From Marsupella aquatica (lineage: Eukaryota > Plantae > Marchantiophyta), in the NCBI GenBank assembly GCA_973895155.1, contig OZ316894.1, positions 4,054,944-4,118,943 on the forward strand: a stretch of DNA of 64,000 nt, given 5' to 3'. A program made the position numbers and the translations under genes. This document shows positions 24,560-37,918 of the stretch, one piece after another. Each line of letters starts with the position of its first letter. Position 1 is the first letter of the stretch. The notes beneath the pieces were generated by a model. It was not told where the DNA came from. It saw only the letters and a list, made by a program, of their open reading frames with translations, and did not search any database.

Positions 24560-26385
24560 AGGGCGAAGGGGAAAAGATCCCAGAAGATCAAACAAGCTCA
24601 AAAAACCAAGTGTATATAGTTCCAAAAAACCAAGGAGTCCCACAAAAGGACCCCCCAACAGGACAATAAGAAACAAAGAACTTGACACAAAGCCCAAGAA
24701 ATTAACACCTGACTGAGAAGAAACAAAGAACCTGACACGAAGCCCAAATGATTAACACCTACAGTCCTGGACACATAAAGCTGAGACCCTCTAAATTCGA
24801 TAAGCAATACTCCTAACTTTTTGGGCTTCAGCCAAAACGACTATTCCTAGCGTCTTGTGGTTCTCGAAAAGCCACAATGAAAAAAATGAAAATATTAAAA
24901 AATTGAAAGAATACGCTAGTAGTACCGATGTGACATACCGATGAGGCAGGAAAGTACTTTCATAGGACAGGTGGCCGCTAGAAAGTGCCCTCGTACAATC
25001 TTCTTTCACAAAGGTACGGTAGTACGGTTCTTACAGTACAGCTGTGCGCTTTATTAGATCCTTTGTTCAGAATTTAAAATTTTGCCAAATAGTCAACTAA
25101 GCCTTTGTACGGTCACGGAAGATGCGGATCATGGAGGCCGTACGATAGAATCTACCTGTGTGGCCAATCCACCTAGAGGTCTCATAAACGCGTAGGAAAA
25201 TATTACGGTACAGTTGTTGTCTGTAGGCGTTCGTTCATTAGTGAAAACCCTGGCTAATTGCAAGGAGACGTGCCTTTCCCGATTTTTACGGAGTTTGCAA
25301 AATTTGGGTACGCGTAGGAAAACACTACAATGCAATTGCCTCCCTCTAAGTGCACAGTCCGTAAGTCCCTTTCGGCCCTTTTCGTTTGAAGAGTTTGCAA
25401 CGTTTTTGTAGTTTTTGTGAATGCAAATATGCCAGTAAAAACTTGGGTAAACCACATATATAAATGAAAACCCTTGATAAGGCCACATGGAAAGTTATCC
25501 GTAAATGCATATTTCTATCACTCTTACATTTACTAAAAGGTGCATGGCATTTTTCAGTAGAGTAAAACTTGCACTTGTGGGGTAGGCAATATACATTTAG
25601 GACGGGAGGAGTGACCAGAATGTTCACTCATACAGGGCCAATATGGAGTTACACATTGAAAATGCACAATTCCATATTGTTGCACTTATCACATGGTGCA
25701 AACCCTTAAAGTGGGCCCACACACTAGGATGACAGTAACTACAGTATACTATACAATGCATCGCAACGAACTGTAGTTAATACTGTACAGATAGGCCATT
25801 GACGGTGTGCAAGCACAGGTTGTCAATTTATTAGGTGATCCTGGGGTACATGAAATAATTATAATGTACAGTACTTTCTTGAAAGCACACTTACTTGCCT
25901 CTTTGACTATGTCATATTGTCATGCGAGTTGGATATCTATTTATTGGAATGATCCTGGGATGCATGGAAACAATCATAAACTATGGGGGTCTCGGTAATT
26001 GCACATCAAAATATGCCATATACTATGTAAGACACCCTTGTATACAGTGATAATACTAGTTTTTCCTTTTGAATCAATGAATGCAACCACATTTTGATGT
26101 GTGATTACCAGCGGGGATAAACTATTCTTTACTTATTTGATGATCCCTGGGATCCATGGAAACACAACATGCTAGGAATCTTAGTTTTGACTGAGGCACA
26201 AAAAGTTAGGAGTATCGCTTATATAATTTCCAGGTCTCAGCCCAGTAGGTGTTAATCTTTTGGGCTTCGTGTCAGGTTCTTTGTTTCTTATTGCCCTTTT
26301 GTGGGACTCCTTGGTTTTTGGAATTATATATACTTGGTTTTTTGAGCTTATTGATCTTTGGGGGTCTTTTCCCCTTTGCCCCCTT
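24560..26385. repeat. Inverted pair of an interspersed repeat (arms ~24560-24870 and ~26160-26385)
   Basis: The reverse complement of 24780-24851 matches 26171-26240, and 24560-24650 matches 26300-26385. Confidence 0.85.
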
Positions 26386-27296
26386 CCCCACTTGGCCCCT
26401 TCCCGCCCCTCCCCAGCCGTCCCTCCCTCCTCTCTTCTTATTAGGTTGTTTTGAGCTGCGAGGTAGGTTCTTTGTTGCTTATTGCCCTTTTGTTGTGAGG
26501 GACTCCTTGGCGTCTTTGGTATTCTGGGGACTTATCCCCCCCCCCCCCCCCCCTTCATTGGGTTGTTTTGCCTTTGGGACCCCTGTCTGCCAGTTTGAAG
26601 CTTTTGTTCTTTGGCACCTTGATATTCACTTCTGAACTTTTCTCACCAAACCAGATAGGCACAGTGCCAGACACTATTGAACATTTATGGGCAACTTAGT
26701 GGGTTGTTTGCTATTTGTCCCTTTGATGTTGTGGGAGACTCCTTGGCCAGCTTGTTGGACCTCTTTGGCCTTCTTGGGGCCTTCTTTCCTTTGTGTGGTT
26801 GCTTTGCCTGTGGGACCCTGTTTATTGGTTTGGCTGTTTATTGGTTTGGCCTGTTGGTCCACCAGCACTCTAAGCCAAAGCTAACAGGTACGTTTGACAA
26901 TAGTGTACAATTGAAAGAGAACATATGGAATTTGACAAGACCACTTAGCCAGCCTGGGAGGTAGAGTGCACAAGGTTGTGCCAAAGGGAAGCCAAACAAC
27001 AGGGGAGGCAATGACACTAATCAGGCCCTGAGCCCTGAACTTCCTGTTGGTAAACTGTGGATGGCATTTTGCATCATTCTCTAACTTGGCGAACTTTGCT
27101 TGGAGGGTTGTATTTTGAACAGTTCACAATCCATTCCCTCTCAAAGCTTTATAAAAACCAGAATTCGCCAGAAAACGCTTTCAAGGAAAATAAGTGTGAA
27201 TATCTTCAGAGTCTCTTGTTAGTTTAGTGTCTGTTAATAAAATAGGTACCCAACATTGCTGAGCTTAAGGTGGTACAAATCCAAGTTTTGATTAGT

Positions 27297-27500
27297 TGTT
27301 GGGGATCTAATTAGACAACATGACAGTAAAGGAACCAGCATACAACCTCAAATCAACACTAATAAAGAGAGTATGTGGTTCACCCCGTCTGGGTTATGTC
27401 CACAACCATGAGAGAATAATCAATATGAACATAACAATACATCCACCATAGCCTAGCTCCACAAGCTCCACTATGACCTAATCTCTCTCACCCTCGAGCT

Positions 27501-27550
<50 letters not shown>

Positions 27551-27717
27551 ATGCGAACTCTCAAATGCGAGCACATGTTCCATGGTATATGGGAACTCTA
27601 AAGGGTGTTCATTGTGGGCACCCTGAACCTGGAACTCAAATGAGTGTTATCCTTGTCTGCTAAGGCCTAACTAGTACTATTGAAGTAAATAGGTTATAAT
27701 ATAGGCATAACCTAACA
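27297..27717. mobile_element. Solo-LTR-like relic
   Basis: Starts TGTTGGG and ends CCTAACA; internal TGTGGTTCACCC...TATGTCCAC is related to the motif at 22218. No matching TSD. Confidence 0.4.
27504..27546. repeat. (AC)n microsatellite, ~21 units
   Basis: Directly visible. Confidence 0.98.
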
Positions 27718-29189
27718 TTTTCTTTAATTCATTTTCTTTCTAAAGGATTATGGAAAAACCACAAGGGTGTTCATTTGGGAAAACTGCTTACAGTTTAAGA
27801 GAACACTAGAAGTCTGACTGGCTAGAAACAAAGGCCCAAAGTAAAAACATAACATGGTTTCTCCATAGACATTAGAGTGATGCATATTCTATATCGTAAA
27901 CCATGTCCCATTACTATTTAATGTGTATGATCAAGACATTATAGGGCATATTAATCTTGCCTTCGAGGTTAATAATACAATTTGCTTGGGACAGGTTACC
28001 CTGCAATTGAAAAGTGCAAAAGAATGAGGAAAAAACTTGGGAGTTGGTGGAAGCATGTTAATCCATTGGCTTGAACCCACGTGCTACTCAAATGCTCTTG
28101 AGGGAAGGCAGTAAGTAGTATTTTGGCAATTGTTTGCCGTATTCTTGGTCCAAATTATTAACCTTGTTTATTCCTGTGAGATCCTCTATGAGACGTCAGT
28201 GCTCCTTAAATCTGGGAAGACCTGCACCCTCTCCCTTTTTTTTTTACCCGCAGGCAAGGAGGTGAGTGCTTGTTCAAAGCACGCCAGAGTTGCCTAGGGT
28301 TTGAACCTAGCCAGCCCCGGAAACTCCTCTCCATAGAATATCTCCAGATGTCCTAAGTGACTCACCAGCCCCAATCTCACATCAACAATAGCCTGGTTCC
28401 TACCCATTTCCTTCACCAAAGATTTGGTTATGGGGTACCCCACACTGAAGAAATGAAAGGCCAACTCTTCCTTAGTGGAAAAGCATCAATTTTATTTTAT
28501 TTTATTTCATTTCATTTTGCACATGGCAGGCCCCATGGGGTTTTGACCATCGACTTGTTGACCTTCTGGTTTTTGGCTCATGGGTTTTTCCTTGTTGCCC
28601 TTTGTTCGGTTTAGTTTAGTTCCTTTGCTTTTCCTCTAAGGAATTCCTAGCTTACCATTTGCAGAAACAAAATCAAAGATAAACCATCATTTTTGCCTGA
28701 TAGTTCCCGAGAAGCATTCCCTGAAGAGAGTCATGATGTCATCATAACTGTCCAGCCAATGGGATCAAAGCGGATCTGGATTGGATATCCTTCGCATATA
28801 CCTTATAGCCGGAAAGCGTCGATTGAAAAGAAGCCACTAATTGAAATTTCTTGGTCACTTCCTCAGCCAGGTGAAACACCATTTCACCTATCAGAAGTGG
28901 ACCAATTGATATGCTCACTTTATTATTTGATAAAGTAACCACTTGGAGGCCAGAAAGCGTTTAAAATAGATCCAATCCAGTGGAGTCAATCTGAGCCGCA
29001 TATAGAAAACTTCAACGCATCCAATTCAAAATTGCAAAAATAGATCCCTCTTAGGGGAACTAAGCAGCCAGGTTTTTTTTTTCGTGTTGGCCACATAGGG
29101 AATTAGGGTGACAAGCCCAAGTGGTCTACTGGAGGTAAATTGTTGGGCAGGTGGTTATCTCTAATAGAAGTAATTTTATGTCTTTCACT

Positions 29190-29820
29190 AACCCGATGCA
29201 TGTGCGTTGTACAAAAGATGTTGAGGTAAGCAAATATGCCGAGATGGAAAAAGATGTCGATGAGAGAAAAAGTGTCAAGGTTAGGAAAAGGAGTCTAGGT
29301 GAGAAAAAGATGTCGAGGAAGGCAAAGATGGCAAGATGAGAAAAAAATGTAAAGATGAGGAAAAGATGTCAAGGATGAAGGGAAGATGTACTGATGAGAT
29401 AGAGATGTGAAGGTGAGAAAATAACAAGATGAGATAACAAGATGAGAAAAAGATAAGATATCAAAGTGAGAAAAGAAATCGAGGGGAGGAAGATGTCAAG
29501 CTAGATGAAAAAGGTCTTGAGGAGAGAAAAAATGTCCATACAGGAGGGTATGTCAAGGGTGAGAAAACATGTCACAATGAGATAAAGATGTTAATGTGAA
29601 AAAACAATGTCAAGACAAGGTAAAGAAGTTAAAGGAAATTAAATAAATAAGGAAAATTTTAAAAAGGATGTCAAAGCAAGAAAATATGTCAAGGCAAAGG
29701 AAAGACGTATAAACTTTATAATGTAATTATTGAGGCATGTTATGTGATCTTAATCATGTAAGTGTTGTGGTCATGTTCAATAACCAGTGTGTTGCACATG
29801 TAAATTGAAAACGTGAAATA
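29190..29820 (+). repeat. Purine-rich minisatellite element, copy 2
   Basis: Same AAGATGTC units. 5' ATGCATGTGCGTTG and 3' TGTTCAATAACC...TTGCAC...AAATTG match copy 1. Confidence 0.8.
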
Positions 29821-30963
29821 GGGGTCACCTCGTCATAGAGTCCAAATACACCCAAGCGACAGGACCAAACATGTCTTTTTTTCAGTTTTAATTTTTATAG
29901 AAATAAATACTCTCTATATTTTATTCATATTCTATAGTTTTACAAAATTTTCAAAATATTTTCTAATTGTTTAAATTTAAATAATTAATTGTACATTTAA
30001 AATTTTAAATGAATTTTTTAATCTCAGGTAGGTGATGGCAGGCTAAATGGCAACTTGAGTAGATATTTATTTAGATGAAGTGTATGGATAGATCTGATAA
30101 CATAAAAAAACAATATTTGATGAAAGGTCAAGCTTGGTTCCTGTTTTTCCTTTTTGCTTGGTAAAATCACTTTTGGTTTATTTTTTACAGTTTTATAGAT
30201 TTTCATTTTTTCCCCTCAAAATAGCAGGTCAAATCTGAATAACTATCACTGCATTTTTTGAAGACAACCATATATTATAACTTCTGGTTGTTAGTTTTAG
30301 CATGATGCCAAAATTAGCAATCCTAAGCGAGGAGCATCAGTGGTAATTTTGTCCCAGAATCTCACATGTCCTTGCTTGTATTAATAGCCAACATAAATTT
30401 TAGAAACAATGCTCCGATGGACTCTCATGAACCTTTGAACCCAAATGGACCAGGTACTCTAATCTCGAAACATGTTGATTTTCTTACAGAGAAAACGTAA
30501 TGTATGAGTATCAAAAAGGTTTTGCTGTGGGTAATCATATTACTGGTCCATCCAGGCATCTCATTAAACGTTTTTAGATACTAGATTCCAGTAAAAATAG
30601 CGAGGAAAGAAAAAATGTGGATTCTCCGCAACTGAAACCCATGGGCTCAGGTTTGTCATGTGGAGAGCTGCTGATCGTCGATCTCTCGATCTTTCTTAAC
30701 TGCGGTTAAGAAATTACCCCCAGTTAGACGAAACGCAAATTCTCTGATGCGCACGAAATTCGATCGTGCTGTTGTTCGCTATCAAGCGCAAATCGCGAAA
30801 GCCAATTCTGCGTTACAGAGTCGAGAAATATCTGCATTGAGCTCTTGCAGAAGCTTCGCTGACGGTTTTCTCGAGATGACGAATGAAATCGTTGTTGAAG
30901 GATCCTCGAGCAGTTTAGAATGACTGTCTCCTTGCTGTCTCAGCTTGCGCTGTTTTGCGCTGT

Positions 30964-31580
30964 CTAGTCCGATTCGTGCGGCTTCCTCATTCCTCCCCAT
31001 AGTGCGCCATTTGCTTCGTTACGTCTGATGAGATGCTCTCGTACTTTCACCTTCTTTTCGGTCTCTGTCCATCGTCTCCTCTGTCTGCGCTAATCCAGAT
31101 TCGTCCATCAATTCGGTGCCGTCAATGGATAAAAGTAATTGCCGATTGTGAATCTGTGATACCGAATTAGAACATGATCCAAACTACTTTGCGTCCGGTG
31201 CTGTCCTTCGAGTGTCAAAGGAATGAAGCTGATTGCGAGTTGGGACCTATAGTCACCTAGCATTCCATTTGATGATTTGATCAGTCGCTTACAGTTCATT
31301 AGTTTGTTGGAATCAATCCGATCTTCGACTTCAGGTACCGTAGGCTGAAAGATCTGTCTGTCCTGTGGGGAGGGACGGAGAAAGAGAGACAGAATGAATC
31401 ATGTGAGACGTACGGGATGTAATTATGTCCACTGATGCAGGAGTGAATGAGAGATTTGACTTTCTTGCCATAGGGCGTAGGCTGCTGGAAGCGGACCTGA
31501 CCGGACAGTCCGTTCTTCGCTTTTGGTGGAGCCTTTGGCGGTGTGGGATTTACGATGTGGGATTTCCGTCTTGCCGGCAT
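30964..31580 (-). CDS. Candidate two-exon small basic protein, 95 aa, unknown function
   Basis: Exon 31580-31414 (donor GTACGT, phase 2) joined to 31084-30964 (acceptor CAG) gives MPARRKSH...GHNYIPQRRRWTETEKKVKVREHLIRRNE...PHESD*. No homologue recognised. Confidence 0.4.
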
Positions 31581-33475
31581 CTTTTAAGATGAATGAATGG
31601 GTTTGCTATGGTTGTTTGTGACGATTATGCCACTCCGAGGCAGCAGCAGCAGGACCACTGGGAAAGGTTTTCTGTAGAATTAATCCAGCGGCTCTAGTTG
31701 CAAGCTGCTGGTTGGGAGGGTGAGTTACTTGTTGTCGATTCGGTTGGGAATGTAAGCTGTAGGCATCGGCAGTACGGCAGCAGGGGAGGACGCCTCTGCT
31801 GTCTGGCTTGTCTGGTCGTCGCCGGCGTACAGCCAGGTGGTGCAGTACGCAAGTGCCATTTCTAAGCAAGTGCCATTTCTCGTGAGAAACAGTAGTGAGC
31901 AGTCTATGCTAGACGAAGAGTAGGACTTGATACTGGACACTGGATCTCTAAGGAGCAGCAGGCAATCAGCAAGCGAAGAAACGGGAAAGGAAGCAAGCGA
32001 AGAAACCGGAAAGGAAGTCTTTTGCTTCTTCAGTCTTCTAGCAGAACAGAATCTCTACTCTACTGCAGAGTCCGTTCACTCTCCGGGAAGGAGCTCGAAA
32101 AAGGGAGTAGTCAGCGATTGTTAGTTTATTTGATCCTCCTAGAAGGAACTCCAAGGAAACGGAGAGAAGCGGAAACCCAGATCGACTACGAAGAAGAACA
32201 GCTTCATCGGCATCATCTGCAACATTCGTTGGTAGACGAACAGAGGCGATACGGGAATCTGGACCTCGAAAATGTCGAATAGCTCTTAGATTGCAGAGCG
32301 TTGCTGTGCAAGCACCTCAACCGGGACCTCAACTACCAAAGGTTTCTCGTCAGACGACGGAGGTGGTCGGCGATTCGGTACATATAATTTGATAAGGTAT
32401 TAGCTTTATTCCACTCGTCTGCCCACTATTTTCGTCGATCATGAGGTTGGACCAGAGGTAGATTGTCCTTACTTTCTACTGTAAGCCTTTATACAATATT
32501 CCGTGGTGGCCCTGGAAATCATTGGTCTTGTAATCGAACCGGTACTGAATATGGACCTTTAGATCGCCTTAGCATTTCCGCAGAAAGAAATCATCTCGAC
32601 AGAAAGTCACGAAGTTTACAGTCAATACTTTTCATTGAGTAGTACTCATTAAATCGAGAGTCAAGCACCTTTGTGTGGGCATAAGGATGGGGTATGTATG
32701 TGTGGCCACTTGGTTAAAATATATATGCTGAAAGTGAGTCCTTCCAGATATGTTACCAGCTTTGGCTGCCTTGCCGATCTCTTTATAGTACAGCGTTGTC
32801 GACAATCCACGTCACTTGGTTTCTCATCTCCTTTCCAATCACAATTTTTCTCGGAAGTCCATAAATAGTTATCGGTCCAAGAAATGGGACCCCATGTTGT
32901 TTACGGTTTTTGCTGCGAGGGAGAGTTGGGCTTGTGACGCAGCGAGAAGCACTCCGAAATGGGGGAGGCATTAACTTGGTTTCTCACCAGTTTTGATCGA
33001 GCAGCACAATGATGGTTGATGCTAACACTTGGACATTAACGTTTGGGTCGTTGAACCCTTCCGCATATAACCCTGATGAGGGTTCTAAGTTTACAAAACT
33101 TCAAGTTTGGAGAGGTTGCGATCGGGAATATCGGTAGCACATGACCTGATGCTACCTGAGCCTGGAACCTGATCTATAAAGTGGGTTGTCTGAGCTGTAT
33201 TTGGGAACAAACCATCTAGTACAGTGTTGCAGTAAGTGCATCAAATAATGCCGCTGGCCTCGACTTGTTGAGTGACTCTGTCATGGTTCGACGGTGTTTT
33301 GAACAAAATTTAGTAGGACGGTGTAATATTGAGGAGGTGGAGAGGATGGCTACGAGACGGGAGAGCACCAAATGTTGATAGATGCGTTTTTTCTTTTAGC
33401 CGGATGTCCAGATTCTCCAATGTAAAGTTCTAATGGTTCAACATAATTTGTTCTGGCAGAGAACGAGATAAACAC

Positions 33476-35010
33476 ATGTCGAGGGATGAAATTTCTCCTT
33501 CCAGTAGTTCTACAAGGAGTTCTTCAGCCAGCTTCGACTCGCCACGAACTTCGACTCCAAGTCGGCAAGATCTGCTCAACAATGTCGGAGCTATCAGCTC
33601 AGTTCGAAGCGATGGTACGCCGAAGACTCGCACCATTGCTGTTGCTGTGAAAGCCCACAAGGAAATGAAGAGTGAACCGTTCATATACGCGTTCAACCAT
33701 CTCGTGGAACAAAAGAACTGCAAAGTGGTGGTCATCTGCTGTCTTTCTCGGCTGCAGGACGAGAGTAAGTATCAGCTAACAAAGGCAGATTATTCAGACA
33801 GATTTTTGCGTTGTTTTCAGTTGGGGCTTGCCGGATTCTAGTTTGTCTTGTGGTAAATGTCTTTCGATAATCTGAAGTCCCATGTATGATCATGTCACTG
33901 CAGTGGGGGTGAACCACATTATTGACGTCGAGACATTTGGAGGGATCAATAATCGGAAGTTGGAGGCTGCAATCAAAAGCCAGAACGACAACCTGAATCA
34001 TTTTCTGCGGTCGTTCCGAAACCAGTTGGATCTAAAAGGGGTACGTTCTGAATTGTTTCCTTTTGTGACTAAGAAACATGGACGTGCATGCTCACAACAT
34101 TTCATTAAAAATCCATGTTTTGCTCACTGGTGGGCTTGTACGATCCTTTGCACAGGTTCAGCTCGACATCCGCATCAGCGCTGGCCCCAAAAGTGATGAT
34201 TGTCTGGTGCAAGCAGCCAAAGCAATACACCCACATTGGTTGGTGCTTGATGCGTATGGATCCAAGCCTTGTCATTCCTTAGCCATCTTATAGTTTTCCT
34301 TCTTACATTGTGAGGTTATAGTGGCCTAACCCATTACTTTCACATATTGTTCCATTCTACCAAGTCTTCGCATTCAATCTTCGTTCAGACTGGTACATAA
34401 TTTTCCTTCAATGGTTCTAACGGGGACTCTGTATTGCCTGGGCAGGTCCTTCTCCGGCCATCAACGGCAAATTCAAGAAAGGCTTGCATGTAATTTGGTG
34501 CTGATGAAATCCAAGCCATTGATACTACAGCTCACGACCAAATTTCTGGCTCCGATTGATCAGTTGGAAGTAGAGGAGTACCGCTCTGTGGAGTTTTCCA
34601 CCCCTGATACAAGTCATGAGACTCCTGAACGAGTGAGAACTAGGCCGTCGGTCAAACTGAACACCAATCATTCGAATATAAATAAGGTTTTCACATTTTG
34701 TATGTGTTTCAACAGCAAACTCACGGAGGAGGGTCCTACGAAGGAAACAACTGTCCTCTATGGGAACACAGCCACTGGCTCCAAAGTTACATACCTTGGA
34801 AAAGTTGGGAGTGAGAGCTCTACGCATGAGGTTGACATGCTCTCGTCCAGAATTTCCAGCCCTGCATCCGGTCCGGCCCCGTGGTTTAGCGCCACAAATT
34901 CCCGGAAAACTAGCACAAAATCTGTGAAGATTATTGAGCAGGAGTTGGAGGCCAGGATGGCAAAGCAACCCGAAGAGGATGAAAATCAAGAATACATAGT
35001 GCAACTATAA
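33476..35010 (+). CDS. Stand-alone USP-like (adenine nucleotide alpha-hydrolase-like) domain protein of the type found N-terminal in plant USP-kinases, 362 aa
   Basis: Exons 33476-33764, 33904-34040, 34156-34253, 34446-35010 with consistent phases. Motifs IAVAVKAHKE, AFNHLV, VQLDIRISAG, HWLVLD, ERLACNLVLMK. Probable 5'-UTR intron (donor ~32397, acceptor 33458). Confidence 0.85.
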
Positions 35011-36114
35011 ATCAACTGTTCCTTCTGCTGTCCATCTCTTACTTGCGTGTACAGGACTGTGTGGTAAATCTTCAGGATTCTGTCTACACGTCTGGGAAAA
35101 GCGATTCTAAGCGGATCTTGCTGTTTCTGTAGAGGCATCTTGTTGTAATAGATTCTGCACTCTTCGTTGTGAACCGAAGATCAACATTTCATCAATCTTG
35201 TCCATGGTCGATGAATGAAAGACATAGAATTCGTGATAGGTTGATCAGACACTTGTATTCTGTTGAGGTTTGAGCCTGGGGACATCAGGCCGTCAAGCGG
35301 CCATTTGTTTGTACACGGGTAGTACTAATTGGTCGACGATAGAGTACAGCGATTTGACTAGCGGTGGCTGTTTAAACTAGCCATGTAGCCCTAGAAAATT
35401 GAAGTATTTCATGTTCCGGCAATGGAAGGCAACACAGAGTGGAGCAGGTTGAACCATTTCTGTAGATACAGCTATGGTGTGGGCAGACAGCTGATGTATA
35501 CCTAGAAACGTGCTTCAACGAACTGTCCAAATATGAATTAGGACGAGATAACTCGTCATACTCATTTGTATCTATCCGAGAACATATGAATAAGGAGAAC
35601 AGAGAGCATTCTAGCGTAGTCTTATTCTCCATAGGAGAGATTGCATTCGTGCATCACCACAGCTGCTTCTGCTGATTTTGGTGTAATATATGTATTAAGG
35701 GAACAGTACTCAGTGCAGAGGGAATCAGTGTGAAGCTTAGATCTCTGTCCAGAATGATAGGCAAGGATATCAATTTTCTGCTGTATAGTCTATTCAAAGG
35801 CTGTCCGAGTGCTTTGGATCATCGGTATTGGATTGGTCAAACTGTCCAGTGTAGAATTTCTCAAATCGGTATCTTGTCAACATAACGTAAGAGTGAAGAG
35901 CTATTGCTCCGACGTGTTATATCTTCAGGCTATGTCAGGCTGTGGATCAGCCCCTAGTGCAGAAAACTGCTCTCTTCAAAATTGCTTGGATTCAGGACCT
36001 GGTTCTGATCTGTTTGTATGTCAATTTCAGCAGTCCCTCGTCAATAACCTGCCCCTCACCATCCCTCACCATCCACAGGGACTTTGTGTCATCTATTGAG
36101 GTCACCATAACTAG

Positions 36115-37033
36115 ACTGCGCATTAAATCTACAATGAGATAAATAATGCTCCCCAATTTTCCTGGGCCTGGTACACTGACCGTCCCAGTTCCTGATGCTG
36201 CTGTTGGCTCTGGTCATGTTTGCTAGAACATAAACCCTGACTCTTATCATTTTGCCCAATCACCTTTGTGCCATCAACTTGTTCCTTGTGGAATAATGGT
36301 TTATGTCTGGCAACACTTCTTCCCAATGGAGTCATGTTTGTTTCATGACAGAGTCTATGTGTTCAAGGGGAGCCTAGTACTCTGATTAAGAGTCATGATT
36401 GATGTTCTGCACTCCTTCTCGGAGTTGTGGTTTATGTTCAGGCAACACTTGTGGTTGATGTTCAGGTAACACTTCTTTCTAAGTGAGTTACACTTGCTTT
36501 GTAACAGAGTCTAAATGTTCAGACAAAACCTAGTACTTTGGTTAAGCATCATGATTGATAGAGTTTTGGTTGAAGTTTTGCCAAATGTTTCTTCTCTATG
36601 GAATACTGGTGTATGTTCTAGCAACACTTATTTCCTATGGAGTCATATCTATTTGTAGTAGAGTCACTCTTAAGTGTTCAGGCAAAGCCTAGTACTTTGG
36701 ATAAGGGTCTATGTTTTGGATAAGGGTCATTATTAATGTTGCCTGCTCATTATTAATGTTGCCTGCTCCGTCCCAAGTTTGGCATAGACCCTTGTCTATG
36801 TTTTGCCAAACTTGGGTCGGAGTGGGCAACCAAAAATGAAGGGTACCGGAACATAAACCCCAAGTTGATGGCACAAAGGCAATCGGGCCAGAGTGGGGGA
36901 CAAAATCATAGTCATGGTTTATGTTCTAGCAAACATGATTGGGCGGAACGGGCAGTAGCACTGGGGACTGGGACGGGTGGTGTATGGAGCCCCAGGAAAA
37001 TGGGGATCATTAACTCAGTGTAGATTTAATGGT
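36115..37033. mobile_element. Non-autonomous Mutator-like element (long TIRs, 9-bp TSD)
   Basis: Imperfect TIRs of ~160-170 bp (36121-36281 vs 36861-37031). CATAACTAG on both flanks (36106-36114, 37034-37042). Three internal degenerate repeats containing CCTAGTACT. Confidence 0.85.
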
Positions 37034-37439
37034 CATAACTAGGTCAACATTCCATTTTCTTTAGGAGGAGAAAGATTGTACCATAGGATGAAGATGCCTC
37101 CAAAACTGATTAAATATCAGATGCCTTTTACATTAATTTGTGTGTGATAGGCCCCTCACATGATGGATAAACTAGCCTTGAGTGTGCTCTGTGCCCAACC
37201 TTTTTATCAGTTAGAGCAAACAACATTTCAGCCTTCAGGAGGATTTAAAGATTTCCATGGAGGCCAATGATTTACAGGAAACCCTATATCAATCAATGCT
37301 GGGATGAAATTTCTTTGGAGTGAGATTTACTGATTTTCCCGATTCTATACTTATGTGACCCCTTTGACTTAACATCCTACTTTGTTCCCCGGACCAATGC
37401 CATTGAGACAAGTTAGGGGGAAAGGCAAGATAAATAAGA

Positions 37440-37630
37440 GGATAGCATTAGGGCGTCTCAAAACCTTGGAGTTGTGGGAAAACAACAATGCCCAAAACTA
37501 TCAGTTTGGGTCACGGTCCAGCAGTGTGCGGACACAGATTTTCATGTCCACCCCACTTTTTTCCCAGGAATTCGTCGCTGCTCGTGATCGGAGGCATCAA
37601 CGCGACATTTGAGACGCCCTATTGCTGTCC
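37440..37630. mobile_element. Short MITE-like element with ~23-bp TIRs
   Basis: GGATAGCATTAGGGCGTCTCAAA ... TTTGAGACGCCCTATTGCTGTCC. TSD unclear. Confidence 0.6.
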
Positions 37631-37780
37631 AAGTGGATAGTGGGATGGCATCAGGAGCCGCTGGGGCCATAATTGTCGAGTCAGCAGTAGAACACAACAA
37701 TTCTCTCCTTCCTCTGGCTTTCTCTCCTCCCCCTCCTATTGAGAGGGAGGCAAGGGGCATGCCAGGGAGGTATAAGGGAA

Positions 37781-37918
37781 TGCAGGTCTGGGCGCAGGGT
37801 TACTAGGCTGTAACCTTGCGTCTAGAATATGAAAAGAAGCTGATCGGCGGTAGCCGGGAAGCTTCTTTGCATATTCTAGACGCAAGGTTACAGCCTATAA
37901 CCCCAGCCCAGACCTGCA
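37781..37918. other. Near-perfect ~60-bp-stem hairpin
   Basis: 37781-37841 is the reverse complement of 37860-37918 with a few mismatches or bulges; 18-nt loop. Confidence 0.9.
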
